Origin: a virus
Lineage: Duplodnaviria; Caudoviricetes
Reading direction: 5' to 3' (one strand)
IMG/VR virus record: IMGVR_UViG_3300009185_000001
Coordinates: 64,001-128,000 of that record
Length of the DNA stretch: 64,000 bases
In this document: positions 1 to 8,622 of the stretch, piece by piece
Layout of the letters: every line of letters starts with the position of its first letter
Position numbering within the stretch: position 1 is the stretch's first letter
Made by a program: the position numbers and the translations under genes
Notes under the pieces: generated by a model
The model's database searches: none
Seen by the model: only the letters and a program-made list of their open reading frames with translations
Told to the model about the DNA's origin: nothing

Positions 1-2
1 GA

Positions 3-248
3 GCCTTTTTAGGAGAAACTGCAAAGTATATTAAAGAAATTAACATGAATGGTGCTGATTTTAATTATAAAAAACTACAAACAACTCAAAAGGTACAATT
101 TGTGGAGAAACTACCAGCTTCTTTAGTTCAAAATATTTTAGAAAAAATTGTAGAATGGAAAGCAGAAATTGATACTATCTGTACAGTTTCTCATGAAAAT
201 ACAAATAAATTGATAGAAGTTAATAGTTTATTGTTTTTGACCAATTAG
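3..248 (+). CDS. C-terminal part of a probable baseplate hub assembly protein (gp26-like); truncated by the window start
   Basis: Frame is open from position 3 (AFLGETAKYIKEIN-MNG...) to TAG at 246-248. Lies directly upstream of the tape-measure-like gene; function inferred from position. Confidence 0.35.
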   Translation, partial: AFLGETAKYIKEINMNGADFNYKKLQTTQKVQFVEKLPASLVQNILEKIVEWKAEIDTICTVSHENTNKLIEVNSLLFLTN

Positions 249-296
249 TATTCAATCTGCCTTTTAAATAAATGTCATATAGATTAAGTATTATAT

Positions 297-2543
297 ATGA
301 CAGTAGAAGAATTTGATCAATATCTAAAGAATCAAGGAATTGAATCCGTTGATTCCAAAGAACTTTTACGAACAATTTTAGGAGTAAAAATCTTTAATAT
401 TGAAGAAACTAATGAAAAAATTTCTCAATTGAGAGAAAGTATTTTGGATTCTGCTACTAAAACTGCTTCCAAAATAAAAAATAATGTAGAAAATATTGAT
501 CAGAAGAAGGCTGTTAGTGATTTATTGGGAATTCCTGTTGAGAAAGTAGACTCCACCCCACTTAATATCTTAAGAAAAGATCTATTATCAAAGGTATTTG
601 AAAATTTTAATCAAATAAAAAATGAATTAACCGCTAATAAAGAATCTGTTAAAAGTAATATAACAGATCCTTTTGGAATGTCAGATAATTCTGATTTTAG
701 AAAAGAATATAGGAATAAATTAGCAGAAACTTGGGAAAATATAAAGAAAAATATAAGTGGTTCTTCTGAAAATGTATTCAGCAAGGTTTTTTCTACTGAA
801 ACTCCTTTCACATCAAACCCAAATGGCCCAAGTGGTAGTAATGATCCATTAGATCAGCTAATAGAAAACTTGACCAAATTAACTTCGAAAAAACCTTCTT
901 CTAAACCCCCAATTCCACCTGAAAATAATAATTTACTTGCTATAATTATTAATAAACTTGATGAAATTATTAAAAATAAACTTAATACACCTACTAAAAA
1001 AAGTCAAACACAAGAACTTTATGAAGTTGGTCCTAAAAAATTTAGACTCGATGAAGATTCTATAATAAGAATTACAAAGGGATTGAATCTTTCTAGCGAA
1101 CAACAGGAAAAACTTTTATCCGCATTATTAGCTGAAACAAGGGAAACCAGAGGAGAATTTGGAAAACTTAGTAGTTTTCTCACACAAAAAGGAAATGGTC
1201 TTGTAGATATACTATTCGACTTGGCTACTTTAACGGCAACAGGTGTTCTAGGACTTCTTTTTGGAAAGGGAATACTAAAGCTTGCTGATAGTATTTTTGG
1301 AACTGATTTGGTTGGACTTTTTGAATCAGTAACAGATCCATTAAAAAAATTTGGTGGTTATATCTTAGATGGAATGAAAGCTCTTATTTCATTTTCTGTT
1401 GTTCTAATGAATATAACGAATGGAGCAACAAATATTTTAACAAAAGGACTTAAAAATGTACTTAATGGTCTTACGGAAGCTGGTAAAAGTATTAGATCCG
1501 TTCCCAAATTTGTTAGTAGTTCATTTTCAAAAATGACTAGTGGATTATTTGGTGCAGGAAAACTTGCTGGAGCAGTGGGAACAACTGCTGTAGCAGCCTC
1601 CGAGACTGCTACAGGAGCAACAAAAGCTCTCGGAGCAGTTGGAGCAGCTGAAGGAGCTGTTGCAAGTGGAGCAACTAAACTTTTATCAAAAGCAGGACTA
1701 GGATTTCTCTTTAAAGGAGCACTGGGGGCTGTATTTAGAAAAATACCTCTTATCGGTGCTTTTATTGATGCTGGAGCAGCAATATCAAACATTATGAGTG
1801 GAGATACGATAGGAGGAACATTAAGAACTATTGGTGCTCTTGGCAATATTTTAAGCATGTTTCCTGGATTTGGTATTGTAGGATTTGGTGTTTCTTTACT
1901 TGCTGATTTTTTAGATGATGCAATGACAGAGGAAGCAGGTGGTGATGTTACGAAAAAAAATACAAATATATTTGCAACTATGTCAAAAATTATATCTGGT
2001 TGGGGGGAATCAATTTGGAAATGGATTACAAAAAAAGTAAAATCTATACTCGGATTTGCTCCTGATGAAGACGAGTCAGCGGAACCAAAACCAATGGAGC
2101 CTGAAACAAGCACAAGCAGTTCTAAAGTAGTTGAAAAGGCAAAGGAAATTTCTTCGTCAAAAACACAAACAGAATCAACAGAATCTAATGAAATTGATAA
2201 AATGTCTGCCGCAACTGGAATAAATTTTAGAGATTTAATTAAAATGAATTTGAATCCAATGTCAATTCCTTCTGCACCTCAATTAAATGTAAATGATATT
2301 GCAAAGAGTTCGCAATATTCCATATCAATGCCAGAGTCTATTGGAATTAATAATTCATCTATGCAAGGTATTATGGATATGATTTCAAATTCTATGGGGC
2401 AGATAATGCCAAGTCAACCCGTGTCGATTGCTGGCGGGGGCGGTAATGCAAATATGACTGATATGTTTATACACGGTTCTAGAGATCCTATATACGATAC
2501 GCGATCTGATTGGTGGGGAGTTTTAAATAAAAGGAAATGGTAA
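297..2543 (+). CDS. Tape-measure / baseplate hub tail-length determinator (gp29-like)
   Basis: 748 aa; long Ala/Gly-rich amphipathic and hydrophobic segments (GAVGAAEGAVASGATKLL, RKIPLIGAFIDAGAAI); tail module context. Confidence 0.6.
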   Translation: MTVEEFDQYLKNQGIESVDSKELLRTILGVKIFNIEETNEKISQLRESILDSATKTASKIKNNVENIDQKKAVSDLLGIPVEKVDSTPLNILRKDLLSKVFENFNQIKNELTANKESVKSNITDPFGMSDNSDFRKEYRNKLAETWENIKKNISGSSENVFSKVFSTETPFTSNPNGPSGSNDPLDQLIENLTKLTSKKPSSKPPIPPENNNLLAIIINKLDEIIKNKLNTPTKKSQTQELYEVGPKKFRLDEDSIIRITKGLNLSSEQQEKLLSALLAETRETRGEFGKLSSFLTQKGNGLVDILFDLATLTATGVLGLLFGKGILKLADSIFGTDLVGLFESVTDPLKKFGGYILDGMKALISFSVVLMNITNGATNILTKGLKNVLNGLTEAGKSIRSVPKFVSSSFSKMTSGLFGAGKLAGAVGTTAVAASETATGATKALGAVGAAEGAVASGATKLLSKAGLGFLFKGALGAVFRKIPLIGAFIDAGAAISNIMSGDTIGGTLRTIGALGNILSMFPGFGIVGFGVSLLADFLDDAMTEEAGGDVTKKNTNIFATMSKIISGWGESIWKWITKKVKSILGFAPDEDESAEPKPMEPETSTSSSKVVEKAKEISSSKTQTESTESNEIDKMSAATGINFRDLIKMNLNPMSIPSAPQLNVNDIAKSSQYSISMPESIGINNSSMQGIMDMISNSMGQIMPSQPVSIAGGGGNANMTDMFIHGSRDPIYDTRSDWWGVLNKRKW

Positions 2544-2549
2544 TAATAT

Positions 2550-3929
2550 ATGGCTAATAATGTAAACTTCAGTTTATTTACAGTAACAGAATCTGAAACC
2601 ACAAATTCTATTGGTTCAACATTTAAATATCCAAAAATATCCAAAACCGGAGATGGATATATAGACATAGTAAAAGATTTTTATTGGAAGAATAATGTAT
2701 CGAATAATATTGATGAAGTTCCCTCCGTTACCTTGAAGGAATATACTTTAAAATATGGAATGTGGGCAAACAATCTTGCAAGCATTATTAATCAAGCCAC
2801 CCAATTCGCATCAAGTAAAAATAATTTAGACCCCTATTCAACATTATATTTTGGAGAACCAACAGGGTTTATTTATAGACTTCCACATTTGTTAAAATCT
2901 GGATCAAGTATAAGAGGAGATATTAGCAATAGCTGGTCTGAAATAAGCAATCCGATAGGTGATATATTAGCTGCGGTTCCAGTAGTTGGAAGTTCAATTA
3001 AAAGAGCAGGAGATCTTATACAAACTCAAGCACAAAACGCAGCAAATTTTTTAACACCCGGATACGGAGCAGAAAAGGTATATAACTTTGGAAAAACAAA
3101 CTCAAAATCAATAGTAATTACATTTCCTCTTTATAATACTTATAGCGAAGAAAGTGCTATGAAGAATTTTAGTTTTGTAAATTTAATTTCAATTCAAAAT
3201 TTAAAGACTAGAACAAGTTATTTAACATATATTCCACCAAAATTATACACTGTTGATAGTGATTTATTGGGAGGCATTTATATGCCAGTGGCTAGTATTA
3301 CTAATTTAAAAATAGATAGTATAGGAACGACTAGAAAAATAAACGAATATACTGCTGATAATTCCCGAAATGGTGTTCTTATACCTGAAGCATATAGAGT
3401 AAGCATAACATTAACAGAACTATTACCAGAAAGTAGTAATATTATGATGGGTGCATTGGGTGGCGATAAGGTTCAGGTATTTAGTGAAGTAAGTCCTAAA
3501 AATATTATAAACAATGCAGTTTCCCCTAAGCCATCAGCAATTGCAACACCATCCGATATTAATATACCAAGTCCCAATTTTGACAGATTTTCTCGTACAA
3601 CTTTTCAGTCTATCCCAACATTCACAAACGGAGGAACTTCTACAACAGGGTTTCCAGCGGGAGTTGGTCCAACAATTAATGTTCCAGAAGGTGCATTAGG
3701 CCGTAACTTTCAAAATGTTCCTCAAGGAAGTACTGGTCCCTCAGTAACCCTATCCGAGCAAGCAGGTCCAAGCACAGGAAAGCCATCTCCTTCTTTAGTA
3801 TATAAACCACAACCTGCTCCTCCACCCATTACCAAAGGAGGACAGCCATTAGGACAGCAATTACCTTTAGTTCCTCTTAATGGTAATCCGCTTCCATTGG
3901 ACGTAACGCAATATCAAATTAAATTATGA
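2550..3929 (+). CDS. Baseplate tail-tube cap/initiator (gp48/gp54-like) with Pro-rich C-terminal extension
   Basis: Tube-protein-like core (SIVITFPLYN...YIPPKLYTV...ASITNLKID...PEAYRVSITLTEL); follows tape measure, precedes gp53-like gene. Confidence 0.5.
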   Translation: MANNVNFSLFTVTESETTNSIGSTFKYPKISKTGDGYIDIVKDFYWKNNVSNNIDEVPSVTLKEYTLKYGMWANNLASIINQATQFASSKNNLDPYSTLYFGEPTGFIYRLPHLLKSGSSIRGDISNSWSEISNPIGDILAAVPVVGSSIKRAGDLIQTQAQNAANFLTPGYGAEKVYNFGKTNSKSIVITFPLYNTYSEESAMKNFSFVNLISIQNLKTRTSYLTYIPPKLYTVDSDLLGGIYMPVASITNLKIDSIGTTRKINEYTADNSRNGVLIPEAYRVSITLTELLPESSNIMMGALGGDKVQVFSEVSPKNIINNAVSPKPSAIATPSDINIPSPNFDRFSRTTFQSIPTFTNGGTSTTGFPAGVGPTINVPEGALGRNFQNVPQGSTGPSVTLSEQAGPSTGKPSPSLVYKPQPAPPPITKGGQPLGQQLPLVPLNGNPLPLDVTQYQIKL

Positions 3930-4282
3930 GACAAAACGATTTTACAGATTTATCAAAACTTTCAATGTATAGATATGAAACATTTTTCAATATATATACT
4001 GATAATGATGATTTTAAGTTCTATAATTTACTAAGAAATATTAATCTATTTCCCGCAAATAACTCAGAAGTAGAAGTTTCTTATAACACCAAATATAATG
4101 ATACTTGGCATTTAATATCTTATAAATATTATAATACTATGGATTTATGGTGGTTAATATGTGCTTATAATCAAATACAAAATCCGGTTAAAATGCCAGA
4201 AGTTGGAACTGAATTAAAAATTTTAAAAGCAAATTATGTTTCTACTATCATTTCGGAATTGAATAAACAAATCGGTAGGTAG
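3926..4282 (+). CDS. gp53: Baseplate wedge protein gp53-like (LysM-like)
   Basis: NDTWHLISYKYYNTMDLWWLICAYNQIQNP...GTELKI matches the gp53/LysM-type pattern. Confidence 0.7.
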   Translation: MRQNDFTDLSKLSMYRYETFFNIYTDNDDFKFYNLLRNINLFPANNSEVEVSYNTKYNDTWHLISYKYYNTMDLWWLICAYNQIQNPVKMPEVGTELKILKANYVSTIISELNKQIGR

Positions 4283-4300
4283 TATTTTTTAATGTTTTTG

Positions 4301-4306
4301 TAAATA
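4301..4306 (+). promoter_or_regulatory. Late promoter core (TAAATA) of terL-N
   Basis: 6 nt before ATG; the same motif recurs before many late genes and gp55 is encoded. Confidence 0.55.
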
Positions 4307-4312
4307 TTCTTA

Positions 4313-4723
4313 ATGCCTAGAAAAAAGAAAGTAGAAGAAAATTCCTTAGATGATTTAGATATGGATGATATTCTTGTAGACGGAAAGTTCTATCAAGGAA
4401 ACGAAAACATCCTTCGCAAGGATGCATTGTTTAAATGGACGGATGACATGAAAGCAGAGCTTAGACTTTGCGTTAAAAGTATTTTGCATTTTGCAGAAAG
4501 TCACTTCTACATAATAACCGAAGATGGTAAGAAGAAAATAGAACTTTATAAGTATCAAAAAAATTTGTTAAAAGCATTTAAGAATGAACGATTTAACGTT
4601 GTATTGAGTTCTCGCCAATCAGGTAAGTGTTTGGCAAATAACATTTTAATAAAAATAAAAAACAAAAAAACTGGTGAAATAGAAGAGATTACGATAGAAG
4701 AGTTTTATAATAAATTTAATTAA
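4313..4723 (+). CDS. terL: Terminase large subunit N-terminal fragment (N-extein, 105 aa) fused to split-intein N-fragment
   Basis: gp17-like ELYKYQKNLL...RFNVVLSSRQSGK (Walker A lacking its Thr), then CLANNILIKIKNKKTGEIEEITIEEFYNKFN* (intein block A, Cys1 at 4628). Confidence 0.9.
   Translation: MPRKKKVEENSLDDLDMDDILVDGKFYQGNENILRKDALFKWTDDMKAELRLCVKSILHFAESHFYIITEDGKKKIELYKYQKNLLKAFKNERFNVVLSSRQSGKCLANNILIKIKNKKTGEIEEITIEEFYNKFN
4628..4720 (+). mobile_element. Split intein N-fragment (IntN, 31 aa)
   Basis: Begins CL directly after the Walker A Lys; has the intein N-terminal pattern GEIEEITIEEFY; followed by a stop codon. Confidence 0.88.
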
Positions 4724-4765
4724 AAAACATACTAGAAAACATTTGGCAAGAGAGTAAATATATTC

Positions 4766-6130
4766 ATGACCATTCATGAATTACTTAAAAAGTGTAAAAA
4801 AATTAAAAAAACAAATGGAGAATCCGCCGCTATTGATTTTTATGATACACAAATATTTTCCACAAATTTTTGTCCAACTTGTAAGGTGACTGGCAAAAAA
4901 TTATCATATGATAACTGGTCTGAATACTTTACTATATGCGGAGCAGCAGTCAAAAATGCACTTAAAAAGTGTGATAAAAATATAGAAAAGGCCAAATCTA
5001 TAATAGAAAATGAATATATATTTGTAGAAGAACTTTGGGGATTTTATTCAGATTTTAGGAGTTTATCTACAGCAATAGGAAAAAGAAAACTAAATCCTTC
5101 TCTTAACATCTCTTTATATGAAAAATATTTTAAAGATAAAACCAAGTGCTGTTTTCCTAGTTGTTATAATAAAGTTCCACATGAATTATTAAGATTAAAT
5201 TCTTGTTGTCAAACTCACTATAATCAAAATATTAAAATTAAAAAGGGAGAAAAAACGTTAGAAGATTATTCACATGAATGTAAAATTTGTAATGAAAAAT
5301 TTGCAAATTCCTCGCATTTAACTATTCATATAGAAAAAAAACATATGAAAGCAGAAGAGTATTATTTGAAGTATTTTTCTGACGCTAGAGGATCGTGTAA
5401 ATGGTGTAACAAGCCGACAAAATTCATAAGCATAACAAATGGCTATTGTGATTTTTGTTATAATACAAGTTGTAATATTGATTATCATAACAAATATCAT
5501 AATAGGCATAAATGTGGAGAAATTATCTCAAAATCATTAAAAGAAAACAAAAACATGCCAAATCAAAAAGAATATTGGATGAAAAGAGGTATGGACGAAG
5601 AAAATGCTATAAAAATGGTATCTGAAAGACAAACCACAAATAGTATACCAGTTATAATGAAAAGAAATAAATGTTCTAGAAAGGAAGCCGAATATATAAG
5701 ATCGGAAATAACAAAAAAATGGTTAGATTCATTTCCATGTTTAAACTATAGCAAAGTTTCACAAGAATTGTTTTGGAGTATTTATGAAGAATTAAAGAAA
5801 ACTTATAAAGAAATATATTTTGCTACTTTTAATGGTGGTGTTAAAGATGATTCAGGGGCTAATCATGAATATAAAGTTAAAACTAACGATTCTTATAAGA
5901 AATTAGATTTTTATATAAAAGATATAAATAGAGCTATAGAATTTCAAGGAACCTATTGGCACAGTGAAAGAAATACTAGAGATAAATTTTCACCAGAAAA
6001 AGATTTAATAAGAGAAAACCAAATAATAGACTCGCTTGGATGTAAAATACTAAATATTAAAGAGCTAGATTATTACGAAAATAAAGAAAAAACTGTCCAA
6101 AAATGTTTAAATTTTTTAAAAAATGAATAA
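4766..6130 (+). mobile_element. Free-standing putative homing endonuclease (Zn fingers + Vsr/DUF559-like PD-(D/E)xK C-terminal nuclease) between the intein halves
   Basis: C2H2 finger CKICNEKFANSSHLTIHIEKKH, further CxxC pairs, C-terminal KLDFYIKDINRAIEFQGTYWHS...LGCKILNIKE; own TAAATA at 4755-4760. Confidence 0.75.
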
Positions 6131-6479
6131 AAAAGAAAAAATAATACAGACTTATGATGTTTCTGACTATGAAATAATGACAGATGATGGTTGGAAAGAT
6201 ATAACTCATGTACATAAAACCATTCCCTTTGATATATGGCATTTAGAAACTGATGGTGGATTATTTATTGATTGTGCAGATGAACATATCGTGATAGATG
6301 AATTTGGAAACTCCGTATATGTTCAAGATTTAAATATTGGTGATAAAATAAAAACAATTAATGGTATAGAAAAAGTAAAAAATGTATTTAAAACAGATTC
6401 TTTGCCAGCAAACATGTATGATGTTACTGTTAATAGTAAAAATCATACCTTTTATAGCAACGGAATATTGTCTCATAAC
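6123..6479 (+). mobile_element. Split intein C-fragment (IntC, 119 aa)
   Basis: Block B-like CADEHIV, block F MYDVTV, block G SNGILSHN with His-Asn at 6474-6479, +1 Thr. Confidence 0.9.
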
Positions 6480-8021
6480 ACCACAACCATAACTATTTAT
6501 GCATTATGGTTAGTATGTTTTCAATCTGATAAACGAATAACAATTGTAGCAAATAAAGAAGCTACTGCTAAGGAAATATTTGCTAGAATTAAAATGGCAT
6601 ATGAACAACTTCCTATATATTTAAAACCCCCGATAAAATCTTGGAGAAAAGATGGTTTTAATCTTGGAAATGATTCGGCAATAACTGTTAGTACAACATC
6701 ATCATCCGGACCTCGCGGAACTACAAGTAATCTTTTAATTATTGATGAGATGGCTCACTGTCCTAATGATTTGATGAAAGAACTTTGGAGGTCTGCTATT
6801 CCAATTATTTCATCGATGAAAAAGTCGCAAATTGTTGTTATTAGTACTCCAAATGGAACTGATAATAAATTTTATGAACTTTATGAAGATGCTAAAAAAG
6901 AAAATAGCGAATGGCATTTAGAGGTTGTTAATTGGTGGGATGTTCCCAGTAGAGATGAAGAATGGAAGACAAAAACACTGGCTCTCATGGGATCTAAGGA
7001 GGATTTTGAACAAGAATATGCCAATAAATTCCACGAAGCGGGAAAGGGCGTTATTGATGAAGAATATCTAGCTCAATTAAAAGCCAGTTGCTCAGAACCT
7101 GTATTATCTTTAGAAAATGGAGCTTATCAAATATTTAAACTGCCCAATCCAGAGAGTTTCTATGTTATAGGAGTTGACGTTGGAGAAGGAATTGGAAGAT
7201 CAAATTCAGTTGCACAGATATTAGACGTTTCAAATTTACAAGATATTCAACAAGTTGCTCTATTTGCTTCAAATAATATAAATCCATTTCATTTCGGAAC
7301 TCGTTTGATGGGAATTTTACAGGATTGGGGAAGACCTCCAATTCTTGTTGAAAATAATAATAATGGTCAGCAAATTTTAGATGTTTTATGCCAAACTCAC
7401 AACTATGAAAATGTTGTTTCATATCATTTTGAAGGATTTAGTAAACACTATAACAATGCTAATAGATTTGGTATACACAATCATACAAATACTAGATATA
7501 AAGGAATAACAAATTTTAGATATTGGGTTAATAGCTTAAAAGCAGTGAAATTAAATGATATTGAAACATTATTAGAAATAGATAATTTTATTCGACTTCC
7601 AAATTTTACATATTCAAAAAAATCTGATAAATATTTAGATGATAGAGTTTTTGGACTTATTTGGGCATTATTTATTCTCGATCCTTCATTGGTTGGAAAA
7701 TATTTTAACATTTTAGACATAGACGATCAGGGAAGACCTATGAAAATTTTTCCAATTTCAGATAATAAAGAAATTATTAAGAATAGTCCTTTATTAATAG
7801 GAGGAGGACAGACAATTGTTAGAAAACCTTCTATAAATACTCCATTTTCACATGTCGGTGACATGGATATGGCCTCTGGATTTGATTTATATTCAGATGA
7901 TAGAGCGGCTCTTACCCAATGGTTGTTGGAAAGTGATGGTCCAGATCGTATGTTGCCTCTAAAAGCTGATGAAATGGATAAGTCTTCTATGGACACATAC
8001 CATCCAACTATAGTTTTTTAA
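6123..8021 (+). CDS. terL: Split-intein C-fragment fused to terminase large subunit C-extein (rest of ATPase plus RNase H-like nuclease)
   Basis: First 119 aa intein-like, ending MYDVTVNSKNHTFYSNGILSHN|TTT; then Walker B LLIIDEMA, VVISTPNG, FEQEYANKF, nuclease VIGVDVGEG and DDRVFGL. Confidence 0.92.
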   Translation: MNKKEKIIQTYDVSDYEIMTDDGWKDITHVHKTIPFDIWHLETDGGLFIDCADEHIVIDEFGNSVYVQDLNIGDKIKTINGIEKVKNVFKTDSLPANMYDVTVNSKNHTFYSNGILSHNTTTITIYALWLVCFQSDKRITIVANKEATAKEIFARIKMAYEQLPIYLKPPIKSWRKDGFNLGNDSAITVSTTSSSGPRGTTSNLLIIDEMAHCPNDLMKELWRSAIPIISSMKKSQIVVISTPNGTDNKFYELYEDAKKENSEWHLEVVNWWDVPSRDEEWKTKTLALMGSKEDFEQEYANKFHEAGKGVIDEEYLAQLKASCSEPVLSLENGAYQIFKLPNPESFYVIGVDVGEGIGRSNSVAQILDVSNLQDIQQVALFASNNINPFHFGTRLMGILQDWGRPPILVENNNNGQQILDVLCQTHNYENVVSYHFEGFSKHYNNANRFGIHNHTNTRYKGITNFRYWVNSLKAVKLNDIETLLEIDNFIRLPNFTYSKKSDKYLDDRVFGLIWALFILDPSLVGKYFNILDIDDQGRPMKIFPISDNKEIIKNSPLLIGGGQTIVRKPSINTPFSHVGDMDMASGFDLYSDDRAALTQWLLESDGPDRMLPLKADEMDKSSMDTYHPTIVF

Positions 8022-8022
8022 T

Positions 8023-8622
8023 ATGAATCAATCAATTTTAAATAGATCTAGAAATGACAAATTCAAACTTGTTATGGATTTGCCAATAGCATTAAAAAGA
8101 AAACAAGATCTTGTAATGGAATCAAATTACAATGCAGATCAAATTCAATTTACTACATTTGGATCTCCTGTACCAAGTATAAAGGTAAATGAAATTAAAG
8201 TTCCTTTTGGAGGACAGGTTTATAATGCATCTAGTATATCTCGTCCTGCATATGACTCTTTAACTTTGAAATTTTTAATTGATAATGGATATCAAAACTA
8301 TTGGATACTTTGGAAATGGTTGAATCTTTTTAATAATAGTGAAGATAGTTCCACTACTTTAACAGAACCAGTAATAATGGAAATTGACGATATGCGATTA
8401 ACAAATCCTATGTCAGATTTTACGACTACTTTTAGTTTATTTGGTTTAGATGAATTTAACAATAAAATAATAGAATTTAAGTATACACAAGCATTTATAA
8501 CTAGTTTAAGTCCTATTGAATATTCATTTCAAACTGCAAATGAAATTATTTGTACTGCAACTTTTGTTTTTAATCAATTAAATATTTCTTTATTAAAGGA
8601 TATTAATAGTTCTAATTGTTAA
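8023..8622 (+). CDS. Tail completion/tube terminator gp3-like (tail-tube fold)
   Basis: FKLVMDLP...PSIKV...YDSLTLKFLIDNGYQNYWILWKWL...FITSLSPIEY...CTATFVF resembles the gp3/gp19 family. Confidence 0.55.
   Translation: MNQSILNRSRNDKFKLVMDLPIALKRKQDLVMESNYNADQIQFTTFGSPVPSIKVNEIKVPFGGQVYNASSISRPAYDSLTLKFLIDNGYQNYWILWKWLNLFNNSEDSSTTLTEPVIMEIDDMRLTNPMSDFTTTFSLFGLDEFNNKIIEFKYTQAFITSLSPIEYSFQTANEIICTATFVFNQLNISLLKDINSSNC

Noticed and set aside
1358-2113. 251-aa antisense ORF, plus other shadow ORFs (e.g. 23199-23735, 28598-28999, 30494-30868, 51849-52472)
   Set aside because: They lie fully opposite well-supported genes, have no motifs, and are explained by codon bias or repeats of the sense gene.
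4730-4750. TTGCCA...CTAG...TATG on the - strand upstream of the endonuclease, similar to the pol and helicase promoter regions
   Set aside because: No TAnnnT at 16-17 nt spacing and no downstream - strand gene; too short to separate from chance.
4724-6122. Possibility that terL is interrupted by a group I/II intron or a frameshift
   Set aside because: Both flanks carry protein-level intein signatures (Cys1; His-Asn|Thr) and each fragment has its own start and stop. No intron core structure was evident.
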